Assembly (NCBI GenBank): GCA_963812015.1
Contig: CAWETI010000002.1
Location: forward strand, 1,312,001 to 1,376,000
Length of the DNA stretch: 64,000 nucleotides
Origin: an uncultured delta proteobacterium
Lineage (GTDB): Bacteria > Desulfobacterota > Desulfobaccia > Desulfobaccales > 0-14-0-80-60-11
Direction of reading: 5' to 3'
Shown: piece after piece, positions 1 to 9,213 of the stretch
How the letters are laid out: each line of letters starts with the position of its first letter
Position numbering within the stretch: position 1 is the stretch's first letter
Notes under the pieces: model-generated
What the model saw: the letters and a program-made list of their open reading frames with translations, nothing else
Database searches by the model: none
Told to the model about the DNA's origin: nothing
Program-made: the position numbers and the translations under genes

Positions 1-118
1 CCGCCATGAAATTCCAGCTCATCTTTCAATAAATGAAGGGGCGGGGTTATCCCGCCCCTGGGCGGGCGCCAAGAGGTGACGGTGAGTCCACGGTGACGCG
101 GCCAGAAGGCCGCCGGGC

Positions 119-538
119 TCAGACTTGTTCCAGGGCGTTGAAAAAGAAGGCGATTTCTACTTTGGCGGTGTCGGGGGCGTCGGAGCCGTGGACGATGTTG
201 GCCTCGATGTCCCGGGCGAAATCCGCCCGGATAGTGCCGGGCGCGGCCTGGCGGTAATCGGTGGCGCCCATGAGGTCCCGGTTGACCTGAATGGCGTTCT
301 CCCCTGCCAGGATCATGGCCACGATGGGCCCGGAGCTCATGAATTTGGTCAGGCTGTCGTAAAAGGGGCGTTCCTGATGCACCGCGTAGAAGGCCCGGGC
401 CTGGTCCAGGGAAAGGTGGAGCATCTTCATGGCCTTGATCTTGAGGCCGTTTTTCTCAAAGCGGCCGATGACGTCGCCGATGAGACCTCGGGCCACGCCG
501 TCGGGCTTGATCATGGATAAGGTGTGTTCTATGGGCAT
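119..538 (-). CDS. ndk: Nucleoside diphosphate kinase
   Basis: IKPDG motif, PGTIRADF and catalytic NIVHGSD; 139 aa. Confidence 0.97.
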   Translation of the reverse strand: MPIEHTLSMIKPDGVARGLIGDVIGRFEKNGLKIKAMKMLHLSLDQARAFYAVHQERPFYDSLTKFMSSGPIVAMILAGENAIQVNRDLMGATDYRQAAPGTIRADFARDIEANIVHGSDAPDTAKVEIAFFFNALEQV

Positions 539-564
539 TATGCAATCTCCTGCGAAAGATTTTT

Positions 565-622
565 GTAGCGGCGCATTTGTGTGTGCGCCTTGTGAGGGGC
601 GGACACATGGGTCCGCCCCTAC
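565..622. repeat. GTAG-type REP doublet (REPIN-like)
   Basis: GTAGcGGCGCA..TGCGCC....GGGGCGGACACATGGGTCCGCCCCTAC; near-identical copies at 17325-17384 and 25330-25388. Confidence 0.8.
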
Positions 623-689
623 AATTCATCTCTATATTCGGCTTTCTGATCCTAAAAAATCCATTCGAAAGGAAGGATTTTCGCGGTAA

Positions 690-722
690 AGCTGACTGCT
701 GATTGCTGATAGCTGACGGCTA
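690..722. repeat. Heptamer tandem repeat (GCTGAnn)n
   Basis: gctgact gctgatt gctgata gctgacg gcta, immediately 3' of the EF-G stop. Confidence 0.75.
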
Positions 723-2768
723 TCTTTCTTCTTTCCGCTCCACGTAGCCGTGGTGGTCGAACTGGAGCGTGAAGGTGCCCCGTCCCTGGGTCAGGGAGCG
801 CAGGGCGGTGGCATAGCCGAACATCTCGGCCAGGGGGGCCTGCCCCGAAATGAAGCGCACCGGCCCCTTGGCCAGCAGGTGGTCCACCTTGCCCTTACGA
901 GAGGCAAAATCGCCCATGACCTCGCCGGTGAATTCCTCCGGGGCGATGATCTCCACCTTCATGATGGGCTGTAGCAGTTGGGGCTGGCCCTGGTGGAGCC
1001 CCTGTTTCAGGGCCGTCATGGCCGCGACCCGGAAGGCCATCTCCGAGGCCTGACCTTCCCGGACGGTGGCGTCGGCCAAGGCCACGGCGATGTCCACCGC
1101 CGGGTGCCCGTAAACCGCCCCGCCTTCCAAAGCTTCGGTGACCGCCTGGGCGATCAAGGGCACAAAGCCCTGGGCCGGATGTCCTTCCGGCAACAGGGAG
1201 ATAAAAGAGTTGCCGGCCCCCCGGGGCCGGGGGGTAAGGCTCAGCTTGACTTCGGCGAAATGTGGCCGGCCGGCCAGCTCCCGATCGAAGGACCCGGTTT
1301 CCTCCACGGCCGCGGCAATGGTCTCCCGGTAGACCACCTGGGGGCGGCCCGCCCGCACGTGGGCGTGGAACTCCCGCTCCAGGCGGTGGATAATGACTTC
1401 CAGGTGGAGCTCCCCCATGCCGGATAAGAGGGTCTGACCCGTGTCTTCGTCGGTGTGGACCTTGAGGCTGGGATCTTCCTCGCACACCCGCTCCAGGGCC
1501 GGCCCCAGGCGCTCCTGGTCGTCCCGGGTCACCGGCTCGATGGCCAGGGAGATTACCGGCACGTAGGACGAGATGGGCTCCAGCACCACGGGATGCTGGC
1601 GGCTGCAGAGGGTGTCCCCGGTGGTGGTGGCCTTGAGGCCCAGGAGGGCGACGATGGTGCCGGTGTGGGCTTCCTCCAAGGGTTCCCGCTTGTTGGCGTG
1701 CATGCGGAGAATCCGGGCCACTTTCTCGGTGGTCTGCTTGATGGAATTGTAGACTTCCTGGCCGAATTTCAGGGTGCCGGAATAGACGCGGACATAGGTG
1801 AGCCGCTGGCCCTGGTCCACCATGATCTTGAAGGCCAGGGCGGCCAGGGGGACGTCATCCCGGGGCGGGCGGGTCTCGGGTTCTCCGGTCTTGGGGTTCT
1901 GGCCAATAATCGGCGGCACCTGGGTGGGGTTGGGGAGAAAATCCTTGATGCCGTCCAGCAGAGGCTGGATGCCCTTGTTACGCAAGGCGGAGCCGCAGTA
2001 GGTGGGCACCCCTTTGAGGGCCAGGGTGGCTCGCTGGATGCCGGCTTTGAGGGTCTCCAGGGTCACGGGCTGCTCCGCCAGGTAGACCTCCATGACGGCG
2101 TCGTCCACTTCGGCCACGGCCTCCACCAGGGCCTCCCGGGCCGCCGCGGCCTGGGTTTGATAGTCGGCGGGGATTTCGAGCTCCTCAAAGTCAACGCCCA
2201 GGGTTTCTTCCCGCCACTTAAAGGCCTTAAGGCTCAAGAGGTCGATGACGCCCTGAAAGCGCTCTTCTTCGCCCCAGGGCATGGTGAGGACCAGAGGATG
2301 GGCCCCCAACCTCTCCTGCAGGGACGCCACCGCGGCCCAAAAATTGGCCCCCATGCGGTCCATCTTGTTGATGAAGGCCAGCTTGGGCACCCGGTACTTG
2401 TCCGCCTGGTGCCAGACGGTTTCGGACTGGGGCTCGACCCCGCTCACCGCGTCGAAGACCCCGATGGCCCCGTCCAGCACCCGCAGGGACCGTTCCACTT
2501 CGATGGTGAAATCCACATGGCCCGGGGTGTCGATGATATTGACGACGCAGCCCTTCCACTGGCAGGTGGTGACCGCGGCGGTGATGGTGATGCCCCGTTC
2601 CTGCTCCTCAGGCATCCAGTCCATGACCGCGGCGCCGTCGTGGACCTCGCCCATCTTGTGGGTGCGGCCGGTGTAATAGAGGATGCGCTCCGTCAAGGTG
2701 GTCTTGCCGGCGTCGATATGGGCAATGATGCCGATGTTGCGAATGGCCTTGAGCCTGGGGGTGGTCAC
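720..2768 (-). CDS. fusA: Elongation factor G paralogue (EF-G2-like), stand-alone
   Basis: [58 protein letters not shown]. Probable GTG start at 2768 after GGAG. No rpsL/rpsG/tuf adjacent. Confidence 0.93.
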   Translation of the reverse strand: MTTPRLKAIRNIGIIAHIDAGKTTLTERILYYTGRTHKMGEVHDGAAVMDWMPEEQERGITITAAVTTCQWKGCVVNIIDTPGHVDFTIEVERSLRVLDGAIGVFDAVSGVEPQSETVWHQADKYRVPKLAFINKMDRMGANFWAAVASLQERLGAHPLVLTMPWGEEERFQGVIDLLSLKAFKWREETLGVDFEELEIPADYQTQAAAAREALVEAVAEVDDAVMEVYLAEQPVTLETLKAGIQRATLALKGVPTYCGSALRNKGIQPLLDGIKDFLPNPTQVPPIIGQNPKTGEPETRPPRDDVPLAALAFKIMVDQGQRLTYVRVYSGTLKFGQEVYNSIKQTTEKVARILRMHANKREPLEEAHTGTIVALLGLKATTTGDTLCSRQHPVVLEPISSYVPVISLAIEPVTRDDQERLGPALERVCEEDPSLKVHTDEDTGQTLLSGMGELHLEVIIHRLEREFHAHVRAGRPQVVYRETIAAAVEETGSFDRELAGRPHFAEVKLSLTPRPRGAGNSFISLLPEGHPAQGFVPLIAQAVTEALEGGAVYGHPAVDIAVALADATVREGQASEMAFRVAAMTALKQGLHQGQPQLLQPIMKVEIIAPEEFTGEVMGDFASRKGKVDHLLAKGPVRFISGQAPLAEMFGYATALRSLTQGRGTFTLQFDHHGYVERKEER

Positions 2769-2860
2769 GGGGTAAACTCCAGAATTAACAACCTCGTTTG
2801 TAAATGAATTTGGCTTTACTTTCAACCTTTAATATTATGGGGGAGGGATCGAGGACCGTT

Positions 2861-3397
2861 ATGTCTTGTAATTCTTCGGCTTTCAGCTACTGTCCCTGCT
2901 GCGGCGGCCCTTTGGCAACCCGGCGCCGGGGGGACCGGGACCGTTTCGTCTGTGGGGAATGCAACCGGGTGCTGTATATCAATCCCGCCGTGGGAGTGGC
3001 GGTGGTGGTCCGCCGGGGTGGGGAGATTCTCTGGGGGCAAAGGGGCGGCGGCCCCTACGCCGGGGCCTGGTGCATCCCCTGCGGTTACGTGGAGTGGGGC
3101 GAAGAAGTGCGGGCGGCCGCGGCCCGGGAGTTTCTGGAGGAAACCGGCCTGGCAGTGGAGGTGGGACAGGTTTTGGCGGTGCATTCCAACTTTCATGACC
3201 CGGAGCGCCTCACCGTGGGTATCTGGTTTGCCGGGCGTGTTACGGACGGCGTGCTTGCAGCTCATGACGACCTGACGGAGGTAAAATTTTTTCCCCTGGC
3301 TGCCCCGCCTCAGAACCTGGCCTTTCCCACCGACGCCCTGGTGGTGGAGGAACTTAAGGCCGGTAAGGCCCGGCTGATTCCCGACTCGGTTTTCTGA
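2861..3397 (+). CDS. NUDIX hydrolase with N-terminal zinc ribbon
   Basis: CPCCG..CGEC ribbon; Nudix box G-YVEWG-E-EVRAAAA-REFLEETGL; GAGGA RBS. Confidence 0.9.
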   Translation: MSCNSSAFSYCPCCGGPLATRRRGDRDRFVCGECNRVLYINPAVGVAVVVRRGGEILWGQRGGGPYAGAWCIPCGYVEWGEEVRAAAAREFLEETGLAVEVGQVLAVHSNFHDPERLTVGIWFAGRVTDGVLAAHDDLTEVKFFPLAAPPQNLAFPTDALVVEELKAGKARLIPDSVF

Positions 3398-3400
3398 ATC

Positions 3401-3467
3401 TTGGCGTTCTTTGCGGCTTTGCGAGATATTATCCTCACGCCAAGACGCCAAGGCGCAAAGACGCAGA
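3401..3467. repeat. Inverted 9-mer repeat hairpin (CGC(A/C)AAGAC type)
   Basis: ttggcgttctttgcggctttgcg ... cgccaagacgccaaggcgcaaagacgc, between convergent genes. Confidence 0.6.
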
Positions 3468-3481
3468 GGAGACCGGGAAAC

Positions 3482-4135
3482 CTAATCAGGCGGGAAAAGC
3501 TCTACTGATTCCAGATGCCGCAAATCCTTCAGGGAAACCATGGCCACCCGGGAGTCGACCAGGTCCAGGACCGCGAAACTGAAGGTGGGAAACCGCTGCT
3601 CCTCCAGGGTGAAGGCCCCCGGTACGATGAGGTAGATGGTGTCCGGCTCCAGGGTTAGGCAGGCCTGGCGGGCCTGAAATTCCTGGGGCCGCACCGCGTC
3701 GTTGGTGTAGAGCAGGCGGCTGAAGGGCGGCGTAAAGCGGGTGACGCAAGGGACGTGAGTATGCCCGTGGCACGCCAACATCGGCGGGCGAAAATGGTGG
3801 GCGCTATGCCCGTAGGCCCGGATGCGCTCATTGAAGTGGGTCCAGATCAAGGCCCGGGTGTGGGCCAGAAAGATCCGCCCCTCAAGTTCCAGGGCCACAT
3901 CGCAGCCGGTGGCCTCGGGCAGCTGCGGCCCGAAGACGTCGTACACCCAATAAAGCCGGTTCCCGGGGTCCATGGTCAGCCAGGGCCGGAAGGGCTCCGG
4001 GGGACAATCTCCCAGGCAGGCCAGGTGACGGAGCCCCTGGTCCTTGAAAAAAGCCAGCAACGAGGGAAGGCCGGCCTGGTAGGTATGGGTATCGGCTACC
4101 AGCGCCAGCCTTTCCATGATCTGTCGGTCAGCCAC
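3482..4135 (-). CDS. Calcineurin-like metallophosphoesterase (YfcE-like), atypical
   Basis: ADTH, CLGDC, LAH and GHTHVP motifs present; GNH(D/E) motif not recognisable. Confidence 0.7.
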   Translation of the reverse strand: MADRQIMERLALVADTHTYQAGLPSLLAFFKDQGLRHLACLGDCPPEPFRPWLTMDPGNRLYWVYDVFGPQLPEATGCDVALELEGRIFLAHTRALIWTHFNERIRAYGHSAHHFRPPMLACHGHTHVPCVTRFTPPFSRLLYTNDAVRPQEFQARQACLTLEPDTIYLIVPGAFTLEEQRFPTFSFAVLDLVDSRVAMVSLKDLRHLESVELFPPD

Positions 4136-4155
4136 TAAGAGTGGGTGAAGTCCCT

Positions 4156-4320
4156 TTATTGGGTCCGTTTGGGTCCGCAGGCGTGGCTTTCGCTGCCACC
4201 TTTGAAGCGCTGCACCAGGAGGGCCAGAAACTTGATGGCCTCATCTTTGTCTTTATCAATGACGATGGCTTCTATCTGCTGTTGTTCCGCGGCCGAAATT
4301 ACGATCTGTTTGTCTGCCAT
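4156..4320 (-). CDS. 54-aa hypothetical protein, ESHACGPK paralogue B (not in ORF track)
   Basis: Translated by hand: MADKQIVISAAEQQQIEAIVIDKDKDEAIKFLALLVQRFKGGSESHACGPKRTQ; AAGGTG RBS; clear similarity to 4502-4681. Confidence 0.85.
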   Translation of the reverse strand: MADKQIVISAAEQQQIEAIVIDKDKDEAIKFLALLVQRFKGGSESHACGPKRTQ

Positions 4321-4501
4321 AGCTTTTCACCTTGTCTGGCTGTAATGAAGCGCCGCCAGGCGGCGCCTGAAGATGTGGTTAAGGAACGGGCCGGCCGTTG
4401 GGTCTTAGGGCCAGTCTCTCCCCTGCTGTTTCAGTGTCGGATGACCGAGTGTGGTTGACCGGGTACAGGGGCCGCTGAAAGGCTCCCGCCGCCCCGTCGT
4501 C

Positions 4502-4681
4502 TCACCCTTGCCCCGGAGGGGTTTCGGCCACCTTGGGACCACAGGCGTGGCTCTCCCGGGACTTAAAGATTCCTACCAAATCACTGAGATACCGGAGGGC
4601 CTCTTCGCCGTCCTTGTCGATGACGATGCCCTCCACCTCCTGCTGCTGCTGTGTCGAAAAGCTAACGACCATATCAGCCAT
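4502..4681 (-). CDS. 59-aa hypothetical protein, ESHACGPK paralogue A
   Basis: MADMVVSFSTQQQQEVEGIVIDKDGEEALRYLSDLVGIFKSRESHACGPKVAETPPGQG; GGAGGT RBS. Confidence 0.85.
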   Translation of the reverse strand: MADMVVSFSTQQQQEVEGIVIDKDGEEALRYLSDLVGIFKSRESHACGPKVAETPPGQG

Positions 4682-4915
4682 ATATACCTCCCCATTCATT
4701 TTCCGTGAACACAATGTAAGCGCCCGACGCCCGGGTGTCAATAGATGAGCGAGACATTTGCGTATTTAGAAAAATCGGCGATAATAAAAAATGGAAGGCC
4801 TTCATTTCTCCCTGAGATTCAGACCTTTTGCACCCAAATGCAGCCAACGGGTCCGGGGCGCCCTGGCCTTAGAGCCGGGGCCCGGCGACCTTAATCCAGT
4901 TTTGAGGTGTAGTGC

Positions 4916-5269
4916 ATGCCGAAGCTATTCAGTGACCGCACCAAGCCGGCCCGGTGCCCGTTTTGCAGCGCCGAGATTCTGAGGCCGGCGGAGGTGGAAG
5001 GCGGTCAATGGTATGATTTTGCCGCCGGGTCCTGCAATTGCGGGGCGATTTACGCCCACGATCCCACCGCCCGGAACGGCGGCGCCGTCTTCTTGCAGGC
5101 CCTGCTCATGGCGGCCGGCGGCGATATGGACCGGGCCATGGATCTGGCCGAAGGCGAGGATTATGACTGCGGTTACGTCCACAAATACAACCTTAACCTC
5201 CATTGCCTGGAACCCAATTCTTTCGGGACCCTGTACTTCGTGCGCCTGAGGGGCCTGGCCGGGGATTAA
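4916..5269 (+). CDS. Hypothetical Cys-motif (probable Zn-binding) protein
   Basis: CPFC...CNCG motifs; GAGGTG RBS; GC3-rich codon usage typical of the window. Confidence 0.8.
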   Translation: MPKLFSDRTKPARCPFCSAEILRPAEVEGGQWYDFAAGSCNCGAIYAHDPTARNGGAVFLQALLMAAGGDMDRAMDLAEGEDYDCGYVHKYNLNLHCLEPNSFGTLYFVRLRGLAGD

Positions 5270-5322
5270 GCCGCGGCGCCGGTGCAGCCTGCCCCCGCCG
5301 CCCCGTCCGGGCCAGAAAATCG

Positions 5323-5351
5323 TTGACAGCCTGAAAGCCCTTGCATATTAT
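5323..5351 (+). promoter_or_regulatory. Sigma70-type promoter upstream of the pab cluster
   Basis: TTGACA-17 nt-TATTAT. Confidence 0.7.
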
Positions 5352-5376
5352 TGATACAGAGTTATGCCAGGCGCGA

Positions 5377-5415
5377 GCCACCCAGACTCATCCGGGTGGT
5401 TTTTTTATTTTTTTT
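5377..5415 (+). terminator. Intrinsic terminator-like hairpin in the pabA leader
   Basis: GCCACCC-loop-GGGTGGT followed by two T tracts. Confidence 0.65.
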
Positions 5416-5432
5416 ATGTAAGAGGGCGGCTG

Positions 5433-6014
5433 ATGCGCTTGGTGATGATCGACAACTACGACTCCTTTACCTATAACCTGGTGCAGCTTTTTTTCGAGTT
5501 CGACCTGGAAGTCCTGGTCTTCCGCCACGACGAGATCGATCTTACCGGCATCGCCGCCCTTAAGCCCGACTGGCTCTGCATCTCGCCGGGCCCCAAGGCC
5601 CCGGACCAGGCAGGGATCAGCAAGGCGGCCATCGCCCATTTCTCTCAGCACCTCCCTATCCTGGGAGTCTGCCTGGGACACCAGGCCCTGAACGAAGTCT
5701 TCGGCGGCGCCACCGTCAAGGCCCCCATCCCGGTCCACGGCAAACGCCACCAGGTTTTTCATAAGGGGCGCGGCATCTTTAAAGGTCTGCCCTCACCCTT
5801 CGGGGCCGCTCGCTATCATTCCCTCATGACCGTCCCCACCTCCCCGGAATTGGAAGTCACCGCCTGGACCGAGGACGGCGTGGTCATGGGCCTCCAACAC
5901 CGCCGCTTTCCCCTCCACGGGGTCCAGTTCCACCCGGAATCCTTCCTCACCAGCCACGGCCACGCCCTGGCGGCGAATTTTTTGGCGGAAAGGATAGGTG
6001 GGGGATGGGGCTAA
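5433..6014 (+). CDS. pabA: Aminodeoxychorismate/anthranilate synthase component II (glutamine amidotransferase)
   Basis: IDNYDSFTYNL, SPGP, GVCLGHQ, RYHSL, QFHPES; adjacent to pabB and pabC. Confidence 0.9.
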   Translation: MRLVMIDNYDSFTYNLVQLFFEFDLEVLVFRHDEIDLTGIAALKPDWLCISPGPKAPDQAGISKAAIAHFSQHLPILGVCLGHQALNEVFGGATVKAPIPVHGKRHQVFHKGRGIFKGLPSPFGAARYHSLMTVPTSPELEVTAWTEDGVVMGLQHRRFPLHGVQFHPESFLTSHGHALAANFLAERIGGGWG

Positions 6015-6024
6015 GGGCGAGAGC

Positions 6025-6128
6025 CCTTACCCCCTCCCCCACGCCCCCTCCCCCAATCCCTTACAGGGGGCTGGGAGGGGAGTTTGAGGGGAGGGCGGGG
6101 GACTCGCGTCCCCCGGTTTTCCCCTCAA
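6025..6128. repeat. C/G-tract multi-hairpin intergenic repeat (CCCTCCCC family)
   Basis: Shares gggagtttgaggg(g)aggg..gggactcgcgtccc..ccctcaa with 62451-62577; related copies near 8535-8587, 43528-43600, 46279-46362 and 49698-49802. Confidence 0.75.
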
Positions 6129-6146
6129 GACAATACCGAGGCAATC

Positions 6147-7535
6147 ATGGTCGGCCGGGTAGTGGATATTGAGGTCAAGCCGTATGAGCCGCCGCCGGGG
6201 GTTAGCGACCTGGCGGAGCTCTTCAGCGCGGTACGCCAGCGCCCTTATGCCATGTTGTTGTTGAGTGGCGGGGAGTTGGACTGCGCCGGCTATTCCCTCA
6301 TGGGCTGGGACCCGTTTCTGGTGCTCCGGGCCAAGGGGCGACGGGTGCGGTTGGAGCAGGACGGTGACACCCGGGTCTCTGATGCCGACCCCTTTGTGGT
6401 GCTGGAGGATATCCTCAAGGCCCTGGAGTTGCCGGGGGATTCCCCCCTGACGCCCCTGGCCGCCGGGGGGCTGGGGTTTCTAGCGTATGACTTGAAAAAT
6501 CACCTCGAGCGTCTGCCCACCACCGCCGCCGATGATCTGCACTTGCCCGACATGGTGTTCGCCTTCCCCCGGCGCCTGGTGGTCCACGACCGCCGGGCCG
6601 GGCGTTTCTGGCAGGTGTCCATCACCTACGAAGACTCCAGGGGCCGGCGGAGTGTCCCCCAAGACGGTGAGATTTGGCCTCCGGCGGTTCCCGTCGGGGC
6701 GTACCGGGTCGGGACCCCCAAGAGCAACTTTACCCGGGAGGCGTATCTTCAGGCCCTCACCCGTATAAGGGAGTACATCCGCGCCGGTGACGTCTATCAG
6801 GTCAATCTGACCCAGCGCTTTTCCTTTCCCCTGTCCGGGGAGCCTTACTACCTGTTGCAGCGGCTTTTCCAGGTGAACCCCGCCCCGTTTTACGCCTATC
6901 TCCACTGCGGGGATTTCCAGGTGCTCTCCACCTCCATGGAGCGCTTCCTGTATCAACGGGGAGATTATCTCGAGACCCGGCCCATCAAGGGCACCCGGCC
7001 CCGGGGGGCCACCCCGGCGGCGGACGCGGTCCTGCGTCAGGAATTGGCCGAGAGCCTCAAGGACGACGCCGAACTCTCTATGATCGTGGACCTCCTGCGC
7101 AACGACCTGGGCAAGGTCTGCAGGCCCCGGACGGTGCAGGTCAAGGAGCACAAACGCCTGGAGGCTTACGAGAATGTCTACCACCTGGTGTCCATCGTCA
7201 CGGGGCAGTTACGGCCTGAGGTCGGCGCGGTGGACATTCTCCGGGCCACCTTTCCTGGGGGCTCCATCACCGGTTGCCCCAAGATTCGGGCCATGGAGAT
7301 CATCGACGAACTGGAACCCCACGTGCGCCATGTTTACTGCGGAGCCATCGGCTACCTGGGGCTGCACCGGAACCTGGACCTCAACGTGGCCATCCGCACC
7401 GCCATCATCTCCCAGGGACAGGCCCATTTCGCCGTGGGGGGCGGGGTGGTTTACGACTCCCGGGCAGAGGACGAATACGAGGAGACCCTGCACAAGGCCA
7501 GCACCCTGTTCCGGCTCATCGCCGGGGATGTCTAG
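6147..7535 (+). CDS. pabB: Aminodeoxychorismate synthase component I
   Basis: GDVYQVNLTQ, RPIKGTRPRG, ELSMIVDLLRNDLGKV, FPGGSITGCPK, IRT. Confidence 0.93.
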   Translation: MVGRVVDIEVKPYEPPPGVSDLAELFSAVRQRPYAMLLLSGGELDCAGYSLMGWDPFLVLRAKGRRVRLEQDGDTRVSDADPFVVLEDILKALELPGDSPLTPLAAGGLGFLAYDLKNHLERLPTTAADDLHLPDMVFAFPRRLVVHDRRAGRFWQVSITYEDSRGRRSVPQDGEIWPPAVPVGAYRVGTPKSNFTREAYLQALTRIREYIRAGDVYQVNLTQRFSFPLSGEPYYLLQRLFQVNPAPFYAYLHCGDFQVLSTSMERFLYQRGDYLETRPIKGTRPRGATPAADAVLRQELAESLKDDAELSMIVDLLRNDLGKVCRPRTVQVKEHKRLEAYENVYHLVSIVTGQLRPEVGAVDILRATFPGGSITGCPKIRAMEIIDELEPHVRHVYCGAIGYLGLHRNLDLNVAIRTAIISQGQAHFAVGGGVVYDSRAEDEYEETLHKASTLFRLIAGDV

Positions 7536-7703
7536 GCTGGTGTAACAGGGTAAAAGGCGAAAAGGGAAAAAGATTGCTTGAAAACTCTGACAAATCGTAT
7601 GATGGGATATCGCATGGCAAGGGTTTTTTCGATGCGCGGCAGAGACTGCTAATATTCACCCCCTTTCGCCAAAAATCTCTAAAACCCATAAGTTGGTAAT
7701 GCT

Positions 7704-8531
7704 ATGGAAGAATTTGTCTGGCTCAATGATGACCTGCTGCCCCTTGCCCAGGCCCGGGTGTCGGTGAACGACCGGGGGTTTTTGTATGGCGACGGCTTGT
7801 TTGAAACCTTGCGGGCCGAGGCGGGGCGGGTGCAGCTTTTGGCCGAGCATCTGGAGCGCCTGGGGGCCTCGGCCCGGGCTTTTCGCCTACCTTTCCCAAA
7901 AAATGCCCCCTGGGAGGAGCGCTTGGCCCGGTTGCTGGCGGCCAACGGCCTGAGTCGGGGCCCGGCCCGGGTAAAAATTCTCCTGAGCCGAGGGGTGGCA
8001 GAAGAAGGCCTTGGCCTGCCGCAGGAGTGCCGCCCCACCCTGGTCATCTGGGCCCACCCCTATACTCCTCCCCCTCCCGAGGAGTACGCCGCGGGCTGGC
8101 CGGTGGTGGTCTTTCCCCAGGGCCGCTCCACCTTCCTGGGCCGTCACAAGAGCCTCAACTACCTGTTCTACCTGGCGGCCCGGCAATACGCCCTGGATCA
8201 GGGGGCCAAAGAAGCCCTCATCCTGGAGGCCGACGGCCTGGTCTCGGAGGGGGCGGCCACCAGCCTGGTCTATCTTCATCAGGGGAGGTATTATACCCCC
8301 GCCTCGGCCAGCGCCCTCCCCGGGGTGACCGTAACGGTGCTCCGCCGGGGGTTAGCCGCCCGGGGCCTGGCCCTGGAAACCCGGGTTACCGCCGTGGCCC
8401 AGCTTCAGGAGGCCGACGGCCTCTGGCTGGTCAACTCGCTCATGGGCCTGATGCCGGTGGCCGCGGTGGATGGGGCGCCGATGCCGCAGAGCGAAGCCAC
8501 CGGCTTTCTCCAGGAGGTCTTGGCGGCATAA
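7704..8531 (+). CDS. pabC: Class IV aminotransferase / 4-amino-4-deoxychorismate lyase
   Basis: DRGFLYGDGLFET, HKSLNY (PLP Lys), SEGA, LPGVT; follows pabB. Confidence 0.8.
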   Translation: MEEFVWLNDDLLPLAQARVSVNDRGFLYGDGLFETLRAEAGRVQLLAEHLERLGASARAFRLPFPKNAPWEERLARLLAANGLSRGPARVKILLSRGVAEEGLGLPQECRPTLVIWAHPYTPPPPEEYAAGWPVVVFPQGRSTFLGRHKSLNYLFYLAARQYALDQGAKEALILEADGLVSEGAATSLVYLHQGRYYTPASASALPGVTVTVLRRGLAARGLALETRVTAVAQLQEADGLWLVNSLMGLMPVAAVDGAPMPQSEATGFLQEVLAA

Positions 8532-8587
8532 TCTGAGGGAGGGGGGGAAAATTGGCTTACGAAAAATCCCCCGGCCCTCCCCTCAAA

Positions 8588-9010
8588 TCATCCTTCCATC
8601 TTCTCCAAGGCCCGGCGCAGTTGTTCCCCGGTTTTTTCCCCGTCGCCGGGTTTGTAGCTCTTCTGGGGAAAGAGCCTGAGGCCGTCGGTGTGATAGCGGG
8701 GGATGACGTGGAGGTGGGCATGGAACACCTCCTGCCCCGCGGCCTCGAAATTGTTCATGCCGAGGTTGAATCCCTGGGCGTGTAAGGCCGCCCGCAAGGC
8801 CTGGGCCACCCGGCGGCAGACCTGGCCCATCTCCATCCACAAGGCATCCGGCAACTCCAGCAGGTTCTCATAATGCGCCTTGGGGATGACCAGGGTGTGG
8901 CCGTAGTGCACCGGGGCGATATCCAGGAAGGCCAGGACCCCCTGGGTCTCCATAACCCGCACCGCCGGCACCTCCCCGGCTGCAATGCCGCAAAAAATAC
9001 AGTCTCGCAT
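8588..9010 (-). CDS. HIT family protein
   Basis: DCIFC, GHTLVIPK, GQEVFHAHLHVIPR histidine triad; AAGGAG RBS before ATG at 9010. Confidence 0.93.
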   Translation of the reverse strand: MRDCIFCGIAAGEVPAVRVMETQGVLAFLDIAPVHYGHTLVIPKAHYENLLELPDALWMEMGQVCRRVAQALRAALHAQGFNLGMNNFEAAGQEVFHAHLHVIPRYHTDGLRLFPQKSYKPGDGEKTGEQLRRALEKMEG

Positions 9011-9213
9011 GTTTCTCCTTATCCGCGAAAATTTTCTTGAGGGCCGGAGCCGCTGGCCAGGCGTTTTCCTCTTGAGGCGTCCCGGCCAGGAACCTGGGCC
9101 CGTTTCGGGGAAACCGCACCCCCTGCATTTAAGGTTATTGTCATTATAGTCGAAAAATAGTATGTATAACGGCACTTCACCAATGTTCCTTAGCCACCAG
9201 GGAAGTTTAAGCC

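Noticed and set aside
4385..4430. Glycine riboswitch suggested by GGAGAGAC on the minus strand
   Set aside because: The downstream CCGAAG and CUCUCAGG core elements are absent
4380..4504. Selenocysteine read-through of the TGA ending paralogue A
   Set aside because: The TGA is not at a Cys-equivalent position, paralogue B ends earlier with TAA, and the extension looks non-coding
5364..5376. ZTP-riboswitch-like CGCCTGG motif near the folate-pathway genes
   Set aside because: It lies on the wrong strand relative to pabA and the 5' aptamer half is missing
5433..7535. trpG/trpE assignment
   Set aside because: The PIKGT motif and adjacent class IV lyase favour pabA/pabB; no other trp genes are nearby
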